DNA of 63,291 nucleotides, filler included, from Conidiobolus incongruus B7586 (GCA_000697335.1; 7 parts of 7 records of this genome joined end to end with filler, not necessarily neighbours in it), one strand, 5' to 3'; positions 39,079 to 52,546 are shown, counted from the whole stretch's first letter. Notes: generated by a model from the sequence alone, not told the origin. Numbers and translations: made by a program.

Positions 39079-39980
39079 ATGATAAATTATTTTAATAAGA
39101 TGCCAAGTGATAACTATATTGATACGTCTAAAGTAACACCAGGCTTGTCTTTGGAGACTGGGAGTATGAGCAGTACTTTTACAACATTAAAATTAGACAA
39201 TAAGAATTTGAGTAGAAAGGAGAAAATCTTAAAATTAATGAGACACAAATATTTTTATATTGGAATTATTTTATTAATTATACTTGATGTATTTGTAATT
39301 ACTGTGGAGTTGTTAATATGTAAGTTAAAATTCATTTATATGACACATTATTCTAATATTGAATTGTTTAGCTTTATACGCTGCTGAAAATATTATACCG
39401 AAAGATAAACATTTTTATAGAGCTGAATTAGCACTTTCAATAATTGGATTAATAATCCTATTTTTATTCGTAATAGAAATACTGGTTAAAGTAGTCTTAA
39501 TTGGACCTAAATATCTATTCAATATTTGGCATTTGGTTGATACCCTTGTAGTCTTCAGTTCTTTTGCATTCGAACTCTACGCACTTGTAGTGAAAGATTA
39601 TAGTCATCTTAATGGAATAGAGCATAAACCAGCTATTTTGCCTCACGAAAGATCAATTCATGTGAAATCTGCTTCAAGTCATGCTATCTTCGAAACTGGT
39701 CTATTTCCTTTAATTATAGTCAGAATGTGGAAACTAGTTCGAGTAATTGAATCCGTGAGTCATTCCGTAGAATTAAAGGTAAATAATATTACTAATAAAT
39801 AGAAAATTAATAAATTAATATAATATATTATAGAATGAGCAAAAAATAGATAAATTAAAAGAAGATAAGTTTAGGACGGAAAATAAGTTAAATCATTATA
39901 TTAAAGAGGTGCACAAATTGAGAACAGAGTTAAAATTTAAAAATCAAGAGATCAAAAGATTAAATCAATTATCCGGATGA
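39079..39980 (+). CDS. Voltage-gated proton channel (Hv1/HVCN1-like), 3 exons: 39079-39319, 39372-39778, 39834-39980; 264 aa (257 if started at 39100)
   Basis: S1 with selectivity-position Asp (LIILDVFVITVEL), S2 FLFVIEI, S3 LVDTLVV, S4 RMWKLVRVIES, then a coiled-coil-like tail and no pore domain. GT-AG introns of 52 and 55 nt keep frame. Confidence 0.88.
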
Positions 39981-40538
39981 TTAATCAATAATAAACTTAT
40001 ATTTTATTTATATAATCATATTTTTCAATTTTAATATATAACAAATTGAAAATATAATGTTATATTAGTTTTTTAATGGTGATTTAAATGATAAAAAATA
40101 TATTAATTTGCGTCCTGTTTAATAGATTCAACAGATAAATTAATTATTGTTAAATAAAATCAAAACATTTTAATAAAAAATCCTAATTTAAGATATTTAT
40201 TATCTATTATATAATCATCATTGTCTATATATAAGAATGAAATGGAAGTAAATATAATGATAGTTATATATATAAGAAAAATTTATTATTAATAAATAAT
40301 CAACGATAGGTAATCATTAAAATTCATTGTTATATTAATTAAAGAGATTAAGGGAGTTCATATCCATTAAATTTAATACGAACTGTTTTAATAAATTTAT
40401 AGTTTGGTAACAATTACTTTGTATAAACAATAGCTTTAATTTAAATATTAATTAATATAAATGACTATATATAATTAAATATTCATTTATTTCTTTTATT
40501 TCATAGATGTAAATTGTTATTGAAATTAATTAAATATA

Positions 40539-42869
40539 TTATTGCTTAACTTGCTGTTTAAGTAAATTTTCTAAACCACCAGTCAAATATAGCTTTTGAA
40601 CTTCTTTGCCAATAGATCCTTTAAGCTGATAGCTCTTAAATAGCGTATCACCGTTAAAGACGTTGATAACTCCCTTTGCAACATCGAATTGTAGATCATA
40701 TTCGGTTCTAATACTGGGAACAGTTGAAGGGAATTGTTGGCCTAAGTCGGCAAATAGTTCAGGACATTCAATAACTAGTAAACCATTATTGATAGCATTT
40801 CTCTTATAGGTCTCTGAAAAACTTCCGGCGATAACAAGCTCAACACCACAGCTTAAAAACACGGTAGCAGCTTGCTCTCGAGAAGATCCAGATCCAAAAT
40901 TATATCCAGTGACTAAGATATCTGATTTTTGAACCAGGTCTTTGAAGTTAGGATCGTAGTTTTCCATAACATATTGTGCCATCTGCTCACGAGTTAAGTT
41001 ATCATTATAAGTATGGACACCAGCATAGATCCCATCTGTATTCAGATTGTTAGCATTGCAAAATATCAACTTTCCTCGAATGGTGGAGGGGAAATTGGGT
41101 AATATTTCGTATGATTTAGTAGATGCTGATGCTGATGTTGAAGAGGTTGTCGAGTCGATTGTGATGGAGGATTTTGGTTTGATGGTATCTTTAAATGTAT
41201 CTTTTAAATGATCAGGTAATGCAATTTTGCCTTGAAGAGCAGAGGCAGCAACGACAGCTAAATAAGTGCCAAGTTAATTCCAACTTTAAGAAAGAGATAA
41301 TAAATATAACTTACCTGGTGACGCTAAATAGGCTAATGATTTTCTTGATCCCATTCTGCCTTTAAAATTTCTATTTGTAGCAGAAATACCTACTTCGTTA
41401 TCTTTTAATAAGCCTGCACCAAGACCTAAATTCTGTATTAGCCAATATGGTAATAATAAAGCGATGATATTACTTACCAACACATGGTCCGCATCCTGGG
41501 GGTAAAGGAATGGCTCCAGCTTCGAGCAAGGCTTCCCAGTCACCACTATTTTCCATCTCTTTTTGGACTTCACTACTAGCAGCAGCAATATAAAACTCGA
41601 CTCCTGGTGCGAGTTTTTTATTTCTGACAACTTGAGCAGCTTGTTGAATGTCTGATGCACGACTATTAACACAACTTACTAGGTATGCCTTGTGAATTTT
41701 AATATCTTGGTCTTCCAAATCCTTAACGGAGGTAGCCATTTTCACTGAATTAGGACCAGAAGCGTATGGTGTTACGGTCGAAAGATCAAGTGTAAGTACC
41801 TTGGTGTAATGTGCATCCTTGTCCGCAACTATCGGATTGTTGACAAGCTCATTGATTGTATTTGTGTTAATTCTAGGATGAGACTTGCCATTTCTATTGA
41901 GAAATTCAGCTCTCTTTTTCAACCATTCAATAGTGAGCTGGTCTACGGGAAAAACGGCTGCTAAAGCACCCCATTCAGTCGACATATTGGCAATAGTAAG
42001 TCGATCGTCAATAGATAGATTAACAAGACCATCTCCTTCACATTCGATAGCGCAATTTAGCACTTCATCATTATCAAAGGCACTACATAATGTGATGATG
42101 ACATCTTTTCCAGTCACACCAGGTCTTAATTTGCCTTCAAACCTCAGTTTCACAATCTCGGGGATTTGCCACCATGTGTTTCCAGTTGCCCAAACAGCAG
42201 CGGCATCGGTACGAACGAAAGGTGTTCCTAAGCAGCCTATGCCACCATACATATTCGAATGTGAGTCTGAGGCTACAGTCATTGAATTAGGAAATGCGTA
42301 TCCTTCTTCTAAAAGAACCTGGTGACCAATCCCACGACCAGCTGGATAAAAGTCAATTCCCTTTGATTTTGCGAATTCTTCAATTTTGGCATATTTTCTC
42401 ATATTCTAAATATTCATCTTATAAATAAATATATTTTGTGAATAATTATATTATTATATTTTCGATATATACTTAAATAATAAGAATAATCGCTCAAATT
42501 ATGATACTTACAGCTTCTGATTTATTCTGAACGTCATGGTCTAATGTAAATACAATTTGTTTTGGATTGTGAATTTTAGTTAGCCCAATACTATTAAACC
42601 TATGCACTATAGTTTAACACCTGTTCACTTATGATAGGATAAAACACTTACTTGTTAATAACGGCTCCTGAATTGTCATGAGTCATAAAGTGCTTTGGTT
42701 GTATGGTCACGTAATCTCCACTGTGCACTGCTGTTTCTGAGTTAGAGGGTAATAAAAATTTTTGGACCAACTTTTCTATTCTGTTTTGACCATAATAACG
42801 ATAAAATTGAACCAAGTGACTGGTCTTTCTTATTGACTGAGTAAAGGATAATGATCTTTGATAGAGCAT
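40539..42869 (-). CDS. LYS4: Mitochondrial homoaconitase, 5 exons: 42869-42652, 42599-42512, 42405-41478, 41425-41315, 41257-40539; 687 aa
   Basis: [81 protein letters not shown]. Exons sum to 2064 nt in frame. Basic/hydroxylated presequence. Confidence 0.96.
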
Positions 42870-43013
42870 AATATTAGTGTTGTAATATTGTATCTTAATA
42901 TTTTTTTTCTTAAATATAAAACCGAATTTCATTATTTTTTATCAGGGTTAGTTTATATATAATTTAATTAAATTATGGCATTGGCATCAGCATCAGCATC
43001 AGCATCAATCAAA

Positions 43014-43022
43014 GTGACTCAT
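43014..43022 (-). promoter_or_regulatory. Gcn4/CPC1-type site (ATGAGTCAC) upstream of LYS4
   Basis: TGACTCA at 43015-43021, about 145 bp upstream of the ATG and about 55 bp upstream of a TATATAAA box. Gcn4 control of amino-acid biosynthesis genes is established in fungi. Confidence 0.6.
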
Positions 43023-43936
43023 CTAATCTCATCAAAATTTGGACTTATCTTACCATGTTTTCAAAAATTGCTACAAAGTTTTAGAAAATTATACTCAAAT
43101 TAATATAGAATAATTATAAATAAAATTTTAAAAATTTTGATTGCATTATTTTGAAAATAAATAATAATTTTTATAAATTATCCAGTAAGCATTATTTTAA
43201 ATACTTCTAAATCTAATATATTTTTATAATATAATTCATACAATATTCATTATAGTTACTAAAAAATAAGAGAATTATAAAATAATAGGATTTATTCAAA
43301 TCATTATCATTTATTTATGATTTTATTGAATTTGGTTTAAGAAATAACTTTGAATAAATGCTAGAATAAATATTTCAACAAATTGTACATTAGGTCAATC
43401 TGAATCATTGTGAACCATGTGAAAATACATGATTAAATTTTTCTCATAGCATTGGTTAAATTGAAAATATTAATATATTACTATATTATTATCAATATTG
43501 AGTATTTTTGAATCAAGGGTTTAATTAAATACTTTTAAATATCTGATTGATCAAATCCAGATAAGATTAGAAATAGAAGTGCGAAGATTTTGGATAAAAA
43601 TGATTGTGGTAAATTCGAAATATATGGTCAGATTAATATTAACTCTGAAGTTATATTATATGGATTTAATTACATTATTATCAATATCATATTTCAATTT
43701 TCAATAAGGATTGTTTTTTGAATAATGAAATAATGTTTCGAGTATAATGAGCGGTTGTTGAGATAATAAAAAATTAAATAATGGTGTAAAATTGGAATGA
43801 GTCTTGGGATTAATGAGTTAAGTGCAAAATATGTAATAAATACAATTGAATTATATGTAATTGAAGGTTTTGTTCAAAGTATATATTATTAACTGAATAG
43901 AAAATTTTTGAAAATTAATTTATTTAACGGTTTTAA

Positions 43937-44008
43937 ACTACGCTGGTATGATGATTCGCACTCAGGACTTTGGATCCTGAAATCTAAGTGCAATTTTCAG
44001 GTAGCGCT
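43937..44008 (+). pseudogene. Degenerate tRNA-Gln(TTG)-like sequence
   Basis: TGGTATGATGATTCGCACTCAGGACTTTGGATCCTGAAATCTAAGTGCAATTTTCAG follows the eukaryotic tRNA-Gln layout. The anticodon stem CAGGA/TCCTG is intact; the D-loop GG, TTC and acceptor stem are broken. Confidence 0.65.
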
Positions 44009-47000
44009 TGAACTCAATTGTACTGATCTATTCTTAGAATTTCATTCATTTTTAGATTATTTAAGTCATATTTGCTTTTACCTTTATAATTCTATATCTT
44101 TTTTATTTCAATTTATTATTACTATTAATTTTATTAAGATTCGAAATATTAATCTTCTTTAATAAACTATTAATGTTGAAATGTGATGATTGATAGTTAT
44201 TAAATAATAATAGTAGTACTAATTTTGATATTATACACGATACACAGAATAAATTTTTAACTCAAACTATGTCTACCTATAGCTATAATTCTAAAATATA
44301 TTAAATAAATAATTACAATTATTGAATCAGCATTTAATAATATCATTTTACCTATTTCTAATGTGTTTATTTTATAATAGTATTTTATAAAAACAACTAA
44401 TTCCCTTTTTAAGGTTTAATATAATATTATTTAATTCATACTACTTACTAATTAATAGTCAAATCAAATATATAACATAAATTCAAAACATTAATAAAAA
44501 TAAATATTTTAATTAAATTTTATTTAGAATAACAAGTACTGATTTATTTGACATTTGAATAAAGCTCACCAGTTTCAAATGGGTTACTATTTAATGACTC
44601 AAATAAATAAATAAATATATAATTTGTCAAAGTAATTAAATATGCATATTTACAAAATAAGTACATGTATACACAGGCGATAACCTATTTTTATGAGATC
44701 CATTTATAAATTTCTAGATTGCTGATTATTAATCATATAAGTGAATGCATTAAATATAATCAAATTAAAAATGATATATTGAGTCATATAAAATAATATT
44801 GAGATAATTTGCATGAATGATTACTATATATTCCTAAAATGTTTATATAATCAATTTAAAATAAATTTTTAATCAATATAAGTTATTGTTATAAAGTATG
44901 ATTTCAGTTATAAACAAATTAAATATAAATATTCTACTCGAACAAGAAATTTTGAATAGTCTAAATATTTATTTGTTTCGGTGAATTATGTTTATTTGGA
45001 ACAGAATACTGAAAATTTCAAAATAATAAATATAGAAAGCATGAAAATGTTAAAATAAGTCTATTGACCATAGTAATATTATAAATATATTAGCAGTTCC
45101 TTTATATGATATATATTAAATTTATTCAGCTATCAATTCGGTAGAATCATATTGTATTAATGAAAAATGAGGATATATGAATCGTGGAGATGGATAAATC
45201 CGTGAATATTAAACTAAAAGATATAGGTTGAAACTTTAAATTTGGTTAATCATAACAAATAAATAAACGGGGGATCCTTTGGGATTGTGAAATTAAGACG
45301 GTCAAATATACTTGTTTAAAATACTTTTAATGAAATTGATTTAGTTAATTTTTTTTGATTTCGGTTTCCATAAATTTCAATTTTGCCACTTGGGAGATTT
45401 TACTAAAATTCATATGGCAAATAATTATATAGTATAGTCTTAGTGATTATATTAAGGGTTTGTTTGATTCTTATAAGATAACCTCATAAATATTTTCGAA
45501 AGATTCAGTGCTGAGTCGTTGTTAAATCCTGATTGCCATGTTTGGTATTTTTATACTCCAATATTCAAAATGGTTTTACTCAATTAAATCATACAATCCA
45601 AATTTAAGTGTTGAAGAGTTACTAAATATTTTATATGAATACTGAATATATGAATATAGTATTGTAATAGTAATATAGTTTGAAAAAATCAAAGAAATCA
45701 TAACACCAATTTAAAAAATGACTATATATAAAATAAATACTAATAATTAAAAATTATATACACCAGAATATAATATATATATAAATATAAAATTGAAATT
45801 TAATATCATTATAATTCAGATTAATAATAAATATTAAGAAAGAGTATAAACTTTGAATTGAAGAAAAAATATAAAAAAAATATAAAAAATAATAAATAAG
45901 AATGTTTTTATTTTTTTCATTAATTATTATATTTGATTAATAATTAACCTAATAAAAAATATTAATTTATTAATATACTAATATATATANNNNNNNNNNN
46001 NNNNNNNNNNNNNNNNNNNNNNNNNNNNNNNNNTTAATTAATTAANNNNNNNNNNNNNNNNNNNNNNNNNNNNNNNNNNNNNNNNNNNNTATATTAATAT
46101 ATAAATTATTTTATTATTTATAGTCTGAGATTTAATTTTATAATTGATATTATTATTAATCATTATTTAATAATAAGAAAATAAAAATAAACTTTATGTT
46201 TTTTTAAAATAATTTAATTAGTTTTAAAAATAATATAATATTTATTAGAGTTTTAATTATAATCAGAATAATTTGCAAAATCATAAACTTGACAATATAA
46301 TATAAAATATATATAAATATAGATTTAACTCAAAAATATAGATAATTTATAAGTTTAATAAAATATATTAATTTTGAATTCATAAAACTCAAATATTTTC
46401 AAGATTTTAATTTATAAAAGTTTTTTATTATAATTCAATTATATTAATATCATTTTGATAATAATGTTATTATAATCTATGTTGAATATATATATCAAAA
46501 AGAACAGTCATGTTTTTGTTAATAAATGATATTTTGATTAGCTGCAACTAGTATTTTAGTTGCATTTTTCACAATATAAATACATGTTGTTTTTTTGATA
46601 ATAAAGACCCTCTCTCTTAGCTAAAATACTATTTTTGGCATTGCCTTATTCAAGTTAAATCTAACACAGCCTTTTATTTTAATTTGAAAGAATGACCTCC
46701 AATAATAATAACTCAGATGCAATTTTTCACCATCCCGAAACCTGTGGAACTGTAAATGATGGAGTTTTACAACAATCTATATATTTATTTTTTAAAATTA
46801 TATGTAAATATATATTTTAACTATTTAATACAATTTTTATATTAATTTTTTGAATTGATCAAATATCAGAATAATTAATTAAAATTTAAATATTCATATT
46901 AATTGATATTTTTTTATCTTTACTTCAATCAAACTATATATTAATTATATTTGGTCCAAACATTTAATATTAATAATTCAAAGGAAAATTATTAATAATT

Positions 47001-47474
47001 ATTTGATTAGAAATTAAATAAATATCTTTTTAAATTCTCCAAATAAATGTATCTATATTTCTAAATTATATGTAATTAAATTTAATAATATAGATAAAAT
47101 AATTATAATTAATTAAAATAATTACATCCACTAGTGATTAAAATTTTTTAACTTAATAAAAATAAATGTTTAAGATATCCAAGATTATGATACCATATTT
47201 GATAATCCAAAATATAAAGTGCATGTTGGATTTAGAATTAATTATTTACAATATTAATCACATTAAATTTCATATTATATTTTAATAACCAGGTTTTATA
47301 TATATTTATAGTGAAAATGATTTTCTTTAGATAATTGCAAACTACATTAAGGGTTTTGTAAATAAATAATAGAAGAATAATTATGAAATGACTATGCTTA
47401 ATGATTATGAAAGACAGATATATTTTGCAAAGATTAAATATTTATTTATTGTTAAACTAAATTACAGTTGTGAT

Positions 47475-47879
47475 TTACAAATCAGCGTCTTTGTAGTGGC
47501 ATTTAACGTCAGTAATAACAGAAACACCGTTTTGGAATTGGTGGATGAAGTTGATCTTGTAGGAGTCAGAGTGGATGGTTTGAGTGTTAGGGACCTTGGT
47601 GGTGATGTAGTCACCAGCAATGTTCAATGGGATGGTGAAACCACCAGCAACCTTGCGGAGGGACTTGGCGTAGGGGTTGTTGGTTTGTTGAGCTTGACCA
47701 GCTTGACCCAAGTTCAAGAAAATGTCATTGGGTTGGAGGTTACCACCAATAACGAAGCTCAAGTCCTTAGCGGCAGTTTGGCATTTAACCTGTTCGTCAG
47801 AAGGCTTAGGAAGGCATTTGGCAGAGGCGGATAAAGCGAGAGTAGATAAGACAGTGAATAAAGCAGCGATTTTGACCAT
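47475..47879 (-). CDS. Small secreted protein, 134 aa, unknown function
   Basis: Signal peptide MVKIAALFTVLSTLALSASA. Codon bias like the SOD and subtilisin genes. TATAAAA upstream (about 47946-47952). 3 Cys. Confidence 0.88.
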   Translation of the reverse strand: MVKIAALFTVLSTLALSASAKCLPKPSDEQVKCQTAAKDLSFVIGGNLQPNDIFLNLGQAGQAQQTNNPYAKSLRKVAGGFTIPLNIAGDYITTKVPNTQTIHSDSYKINFIHQFQNGVSVITDVKCHYKDADL

Positions 47880-49449
47880 TTTGAAAGACTAAATAGATAA
47901 TTAGATTAAGAAACTTATGGTCGATGGTGTTGTTAATCGCATCGTTTTTATAGTATACAAAATATCACTTAATTCTTCTCCAAGATTCTCAATCCACTTT
48001 GAATTGTATTCCAGTTTGATGAAATGATTTCACTTGCATTAATTATTTATTCCCAACATTTGATCTATTTTTATCATTACCAAACATGATTTAATTTTAA
48101 TTTGTGATACTTGAATTGCAATGGTCATATACGAAGTCCATCATTTTTGATTAATTTGTATTGATAAATTATACCATTTAATATTAATCGAATAATGGAT
48201 TGTATGTTTTTAGAGGTCATGGTTGATTAAAAGCAGATAATAGTATCAGCTTTTTAATATTAACGTTTTCGTGTTAGTTATAACCTAAATATGTAGCGAA
48301 TTTTGATACCAAAATGTATTTTATATATCAAATACAATTCTAAATGATATAAAGAATTAATAGAAAGTATTTAAAATATTATCATTTTATAGTTTTAAGT
48401 ATAAGTCATAATTTATGTATTTTATTTCGAAAAATGTAAAAAAATTAACAAAGTTAAAACCTATGAAATTCATTTTTTGCATCATTAAAGCTATGAACTA
48501 AATGATTATTATAAAATGGTATTATGGTGATAATTATTGTTATATAGAATGTGGACTTACCAAATGAATGATATACTATTATTAGAATTTGCAAACTAAC
48601 TTTTGAAAATGTTATTATTTCTCAAATGGGTCCTTGTCCATTTTCTTTTTGCAAAGCTCAAATGTTTACAAATTGAGATTAATCTATTTTAAAATATCCA
48701 TGTGTTCAGTTTTAAAGCGAAACAAGTTTCTTATTATTGATATTCTGGGATCAACTGAATTTTGTGTTTGAAAGTTTATTGAGTACACCATCATAATAAT
48801 GTTATTTAAATCAAATAATATTTATACTAAAGCCAGTCTTAGATAAAATTTCATAAACATATTAATGATTCTTAATGAATTTGGATTGAAATTTTATGTA
48901 AAAAATTGTGGAATTATTCAAATTTTCATAACTAAATTCGATATTTTAACATTAGATATAATTTGAACTTCAACAGCCAACCGAAACCCAATTTTTGGTT
49001 AAGATATTTATTCAAAATGTTTTCAAAATAATTCATATATTGGGACTATAAATAATTTTTTTTGAAATATTAATAGTTTTTACTGATTCAAATTATTTTT
49101 AATTTTTATTTATTCCAAAATGAATTTATATTATTTTTGTCAAATAAGAAATTATATTAATACTAACAAAAATTTAAGTTGAATACAAATAATATCAATT
49201 AAATATGATGTTATAAGTTTATTTCAAGTATGAAAAATGACTTTTAGGATCAGAGCGTTGAAAAGAGCTGTACCAGTTTGTAGATTATGTATATTCGACT
49301 TTCTTCCCATAATCTAAATAACAAAGTATTTCAAGAAGTTTCGAGTTGGCCTTCCTCTGTGTTTTTTGATTACTGCTTAATATCCCTTTGAGCATACTAT
49401 AGATTCATATATTGGACATATCCTCTATAATCTTCTAGGTATTTAGTAT

Positions 49450-49700
49450 AATATTAGATTAGTTATATAATACAAAATGATTAAATTAGGAATATAATAT
49501 ACTATCAGATTAGATTAATTTTAGATATTAAACATTAGATTAGTTATAATTATTAATTAAATTAGATTAAGTATATTATTTCATATTAGATTAGACCATA
49601 CAATCAATGATATTAAATTAGACTTAATATAGCAAAAATTATATTAGGTTATAGTGTAGCAAATTAAATTAGGGAATAAGTAATATTAGATTAGGTACTA
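49450..49700. repeat. Degenerate minisatellite with ATTAGATTAG-like core, period about 20-30 bp
   Basis: About 10 recurrences of attagattag/attaaattag separated by variable AT-rich spacers. Confidence 0.55.
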
Positions 49701-52138
49701 CAAGTAATCGTTGATTGCAATTCAGTGTTATTTATACTGACCAAATTAATTTTTAAAAGCCATGTTTATAAATTGGCAACTTTTAGTTAAACCCGAATTT
49801 AATTAAATCATTGCCTATCATATTTAATGCAGGAAAAATTAATAAGAGGAGTTTAAAATTATTATTAAATACTATCTGTTGAGTATATGAGTCATAAAAT
49901 TAGACATGTTTTGATTAATAGATGATGGTTGAATAAAGTTAACTAATAATTTTTAGTTACCATCCCCATGATATAACATGAAAAATTTTTGTGGCAATAA
50001 AGGATATCTCTTTTAGTTCATGCATATTTTTAGTTTAATTATTGATCAAATCTTTACATTATTTATTCGTGAAAATGACTTTCAACGATACAAATTCCAG
50101 TATAAATCTCAGTCATTCTGAAACCTATAGGGCTGTAAACCAAGCAGTTTTACAACATTATTTATCGAGATAATATTTATATTTTATGTTTTCAGACTTT
50201 ATCATAATTTGTAAAAACTACTATTTATTCAAATAGAATATAATGATAATCATAGTTTGATATTATTAAGTATATTTTAAACATAAATATTAAATATTAT
50301 ATAACTTATTAGGAATTATAGGAAATAGAATTTGTCGGGGTATTTCGTATTTAACATTAAAATTATATAATCATAAAATCTAACTATAAATAAGTGAAGG
50401 AGTGTAAATCAATTATAATGTTTAATGTAAAAATAAATTAAATTAAAATATCAATAAAGTTTACAATTTACATTACTGTGATTTTATTCGTAACCCAGTG
50501 GCGAATCATTATTGTTTTATTTTGTTGATAAATCTATATTAATTAAACATTAACAACTTAATATATTTAGATTGGTTAATCAATATAATATTTATATCAA
50601 TCATATCTTCTATATAGTTTAAAATATTAAGATCTATTCAAAACTTGATTGGATTAAGAAACACAATATGATTTATGACTGCTGTTAATAAATATCAAAA
50701 TACGAAATTTAAATCTAAATCAAAAGTGATTATCTAATCTTAAACACCATATATCAATTTTTATAACCTAAAACTTGATATTATAATTTTAGAATGGTTT
50801 ATTTTGTATCAGTTTATTGAAGAGAGAGTAAATTCTAATATTTAAAATATTTTTTATTTATCAAATAAAATTTTTAAATAAGACTAAAATATTCGAAAAT
50901 GAAAAAAAATATAATTTGATATAATAGATGAATTAATTAAATAACTATTGGATCAAATAATTTTTTTTCTTTATAGAAATTCACATATTTTTTAAATTTT
51001 AAGTCTTTGATTTAGGAATATTAGTTAAGGAGTTACTTACTCCAATGGGCTAAGGAGGGGGGCAGTAATGTATCAAAAGTTGTATATTATATCAATAATA
51101 TTAAATTAGGTATATTTTCACCTCATTCATTAATATTTTTTAAAGAGCTAAAATTTTAAAGTATCAATCATTTACAATAAAAATCAATTTAGATTATTGT
51201 GAATTAAATGGTATAGTTGATTTTTAAGTGATTTTTATGAATATAATATGCTGGTTATAGCTAATTATTCATAAATCAGAATAAATAAATTATTAAAATT
51301 TAAATGATTTATATTAATTTCAAAAAAATATATATTAATTTTTTTTCTAATAAATTCTATTATAGTAAATTTTACAATATCCTAAATTAGAAAATGATTA
51401 AACTTTTTCTTAAATTTATATTATTTAGGATATTTGAAAAGATTCATCAGGCAAATTAATTATAATTTGATTTAAGTATAAATGCATTTTAGATTAAAAG
51501 TATATTACTAATGATTATATTATTATTTCATATAGCGTTAAGCTATAATTATAGCATAATTATATATTAAATCAAACTAATTTTCTTTAATTTATTACTT
51601 ATTTCAATAGATATATTTCATTGTATGATTATAATATCAATATATATTAAAAAATTTACAAAATTCATCAACAATTTAATAGTAATAATTATAACTGTGT
51701 TTTATAGGAATGCATATAATTCTATATTGTAGGTTAAATTAAAGACTTTCTTATCTATCATATACTTTTCAATCACTTAACTATGGATAATAATTATCAT
51801 TTATTAAAGCTTTTAACTTAGAAATGTTATTTTTTATTAATTTCAATTATCAAAGTCAAACTTATAAAAATGTATTAATACTAAAATTAGAATATATGTT
51901 CAAAATCTCTTTTATGGAATTTAAAGTTAATACAGTAATGATATAAAATTATCCTTAATCAGATTATAACAATGAACTAGATCAATAAATGAACGCAAAA
52001 CTTAGTTTCATTGATATAGAATAAGTTGATTTGATATAATAAGTTATGATAAAAGAAATGTGCAGATAAATTAGAATACAGTTGAACAATGTTATGGAAT
52101 ATTAGTTTAGATAAAAATTGATTGAAATTAAACAATAG

Positions 52139-52145
52139 AAAAAAA
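52139..52145 (-). terminator. Pol III terminator (T7) of tRNA-Tyr
   Basis: Run of 7 T on the minus strand, 7 nt after the discriminator base. Confidence 0.75.
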
Positions 52146-52152
52146 CTAAAGA

Positions 52153-52236
52153 TCCGACCAACCGGAATTGAACCAGTGACCTAGAGATTACAGCTTTAAC
52201 TACAGTCTCCCGCTCTACCAACTGAGCTATAGTCGG
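52153..52236 (-). tRNA. tRNA-Tyr(GTA) with an 11-nt intron (52189-52199)
   Basis: CCGACTA TAGCTCAGTTGGTAGAGC G GGAGA CTGTAG[ttaaagctgta]A TCTCT AGGTC ACTGG TTCAATT CCGGT TGGTCGG A: full cloverleaf with the intron at the canonical 37/38 position. Confidence 0.97.
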
Positions 52237-52246
52237 TTACTCACTG

Positions 52247-52543
52247 TGTGACGGATCTGATCCTGTTTCTCCTACTATCCAGTCAATAGAATCATATCAT
52301 GTGTATATGACTCAATCTCAATACTGGTATTACCGTATCAATACCATCTTTGGTATAATAACTAAGCCTCGGCTTGTTATTGTGTGCAATAACTACAATA
52401 AACCTTACTTACCTTAATATATTTTTGTTTATTAGTGGTTCATCCACCAGTATACAGCACAGTTCTAGTTGTGCGGGTTATGGATTGGTGATAACTCCCC
52501 GTAGATCATGATTTCAGTGGTGATGCCACTGAGAAATGTGACA
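52247..52543. mobile_element. Solo LTR (297 bp) with perfect 5-bp TSD CACTG
   Basis: CACTG|TGTGAC...GTGACA|CACTG (TSD 52242-52246 and 52544-52548). TATA-like motif and AATAAA on the + strand. Confidence 0.85.
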
Positions 52544-52546
52544 CAC

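Noticed and set aside
47388..47834. 148-aa + strand ORF
   Set aside because: Antisense shadow of the secreted protein gene 47475-47879.
49450..49700. Repeat-spacer pattern considered as a CRISPR-like or telomeric array
   Set aside because: Cores are about 10 bp, degenerate and irregularly spaced; eukaryotic context, no cas genes, and no tandem TTAGGG.
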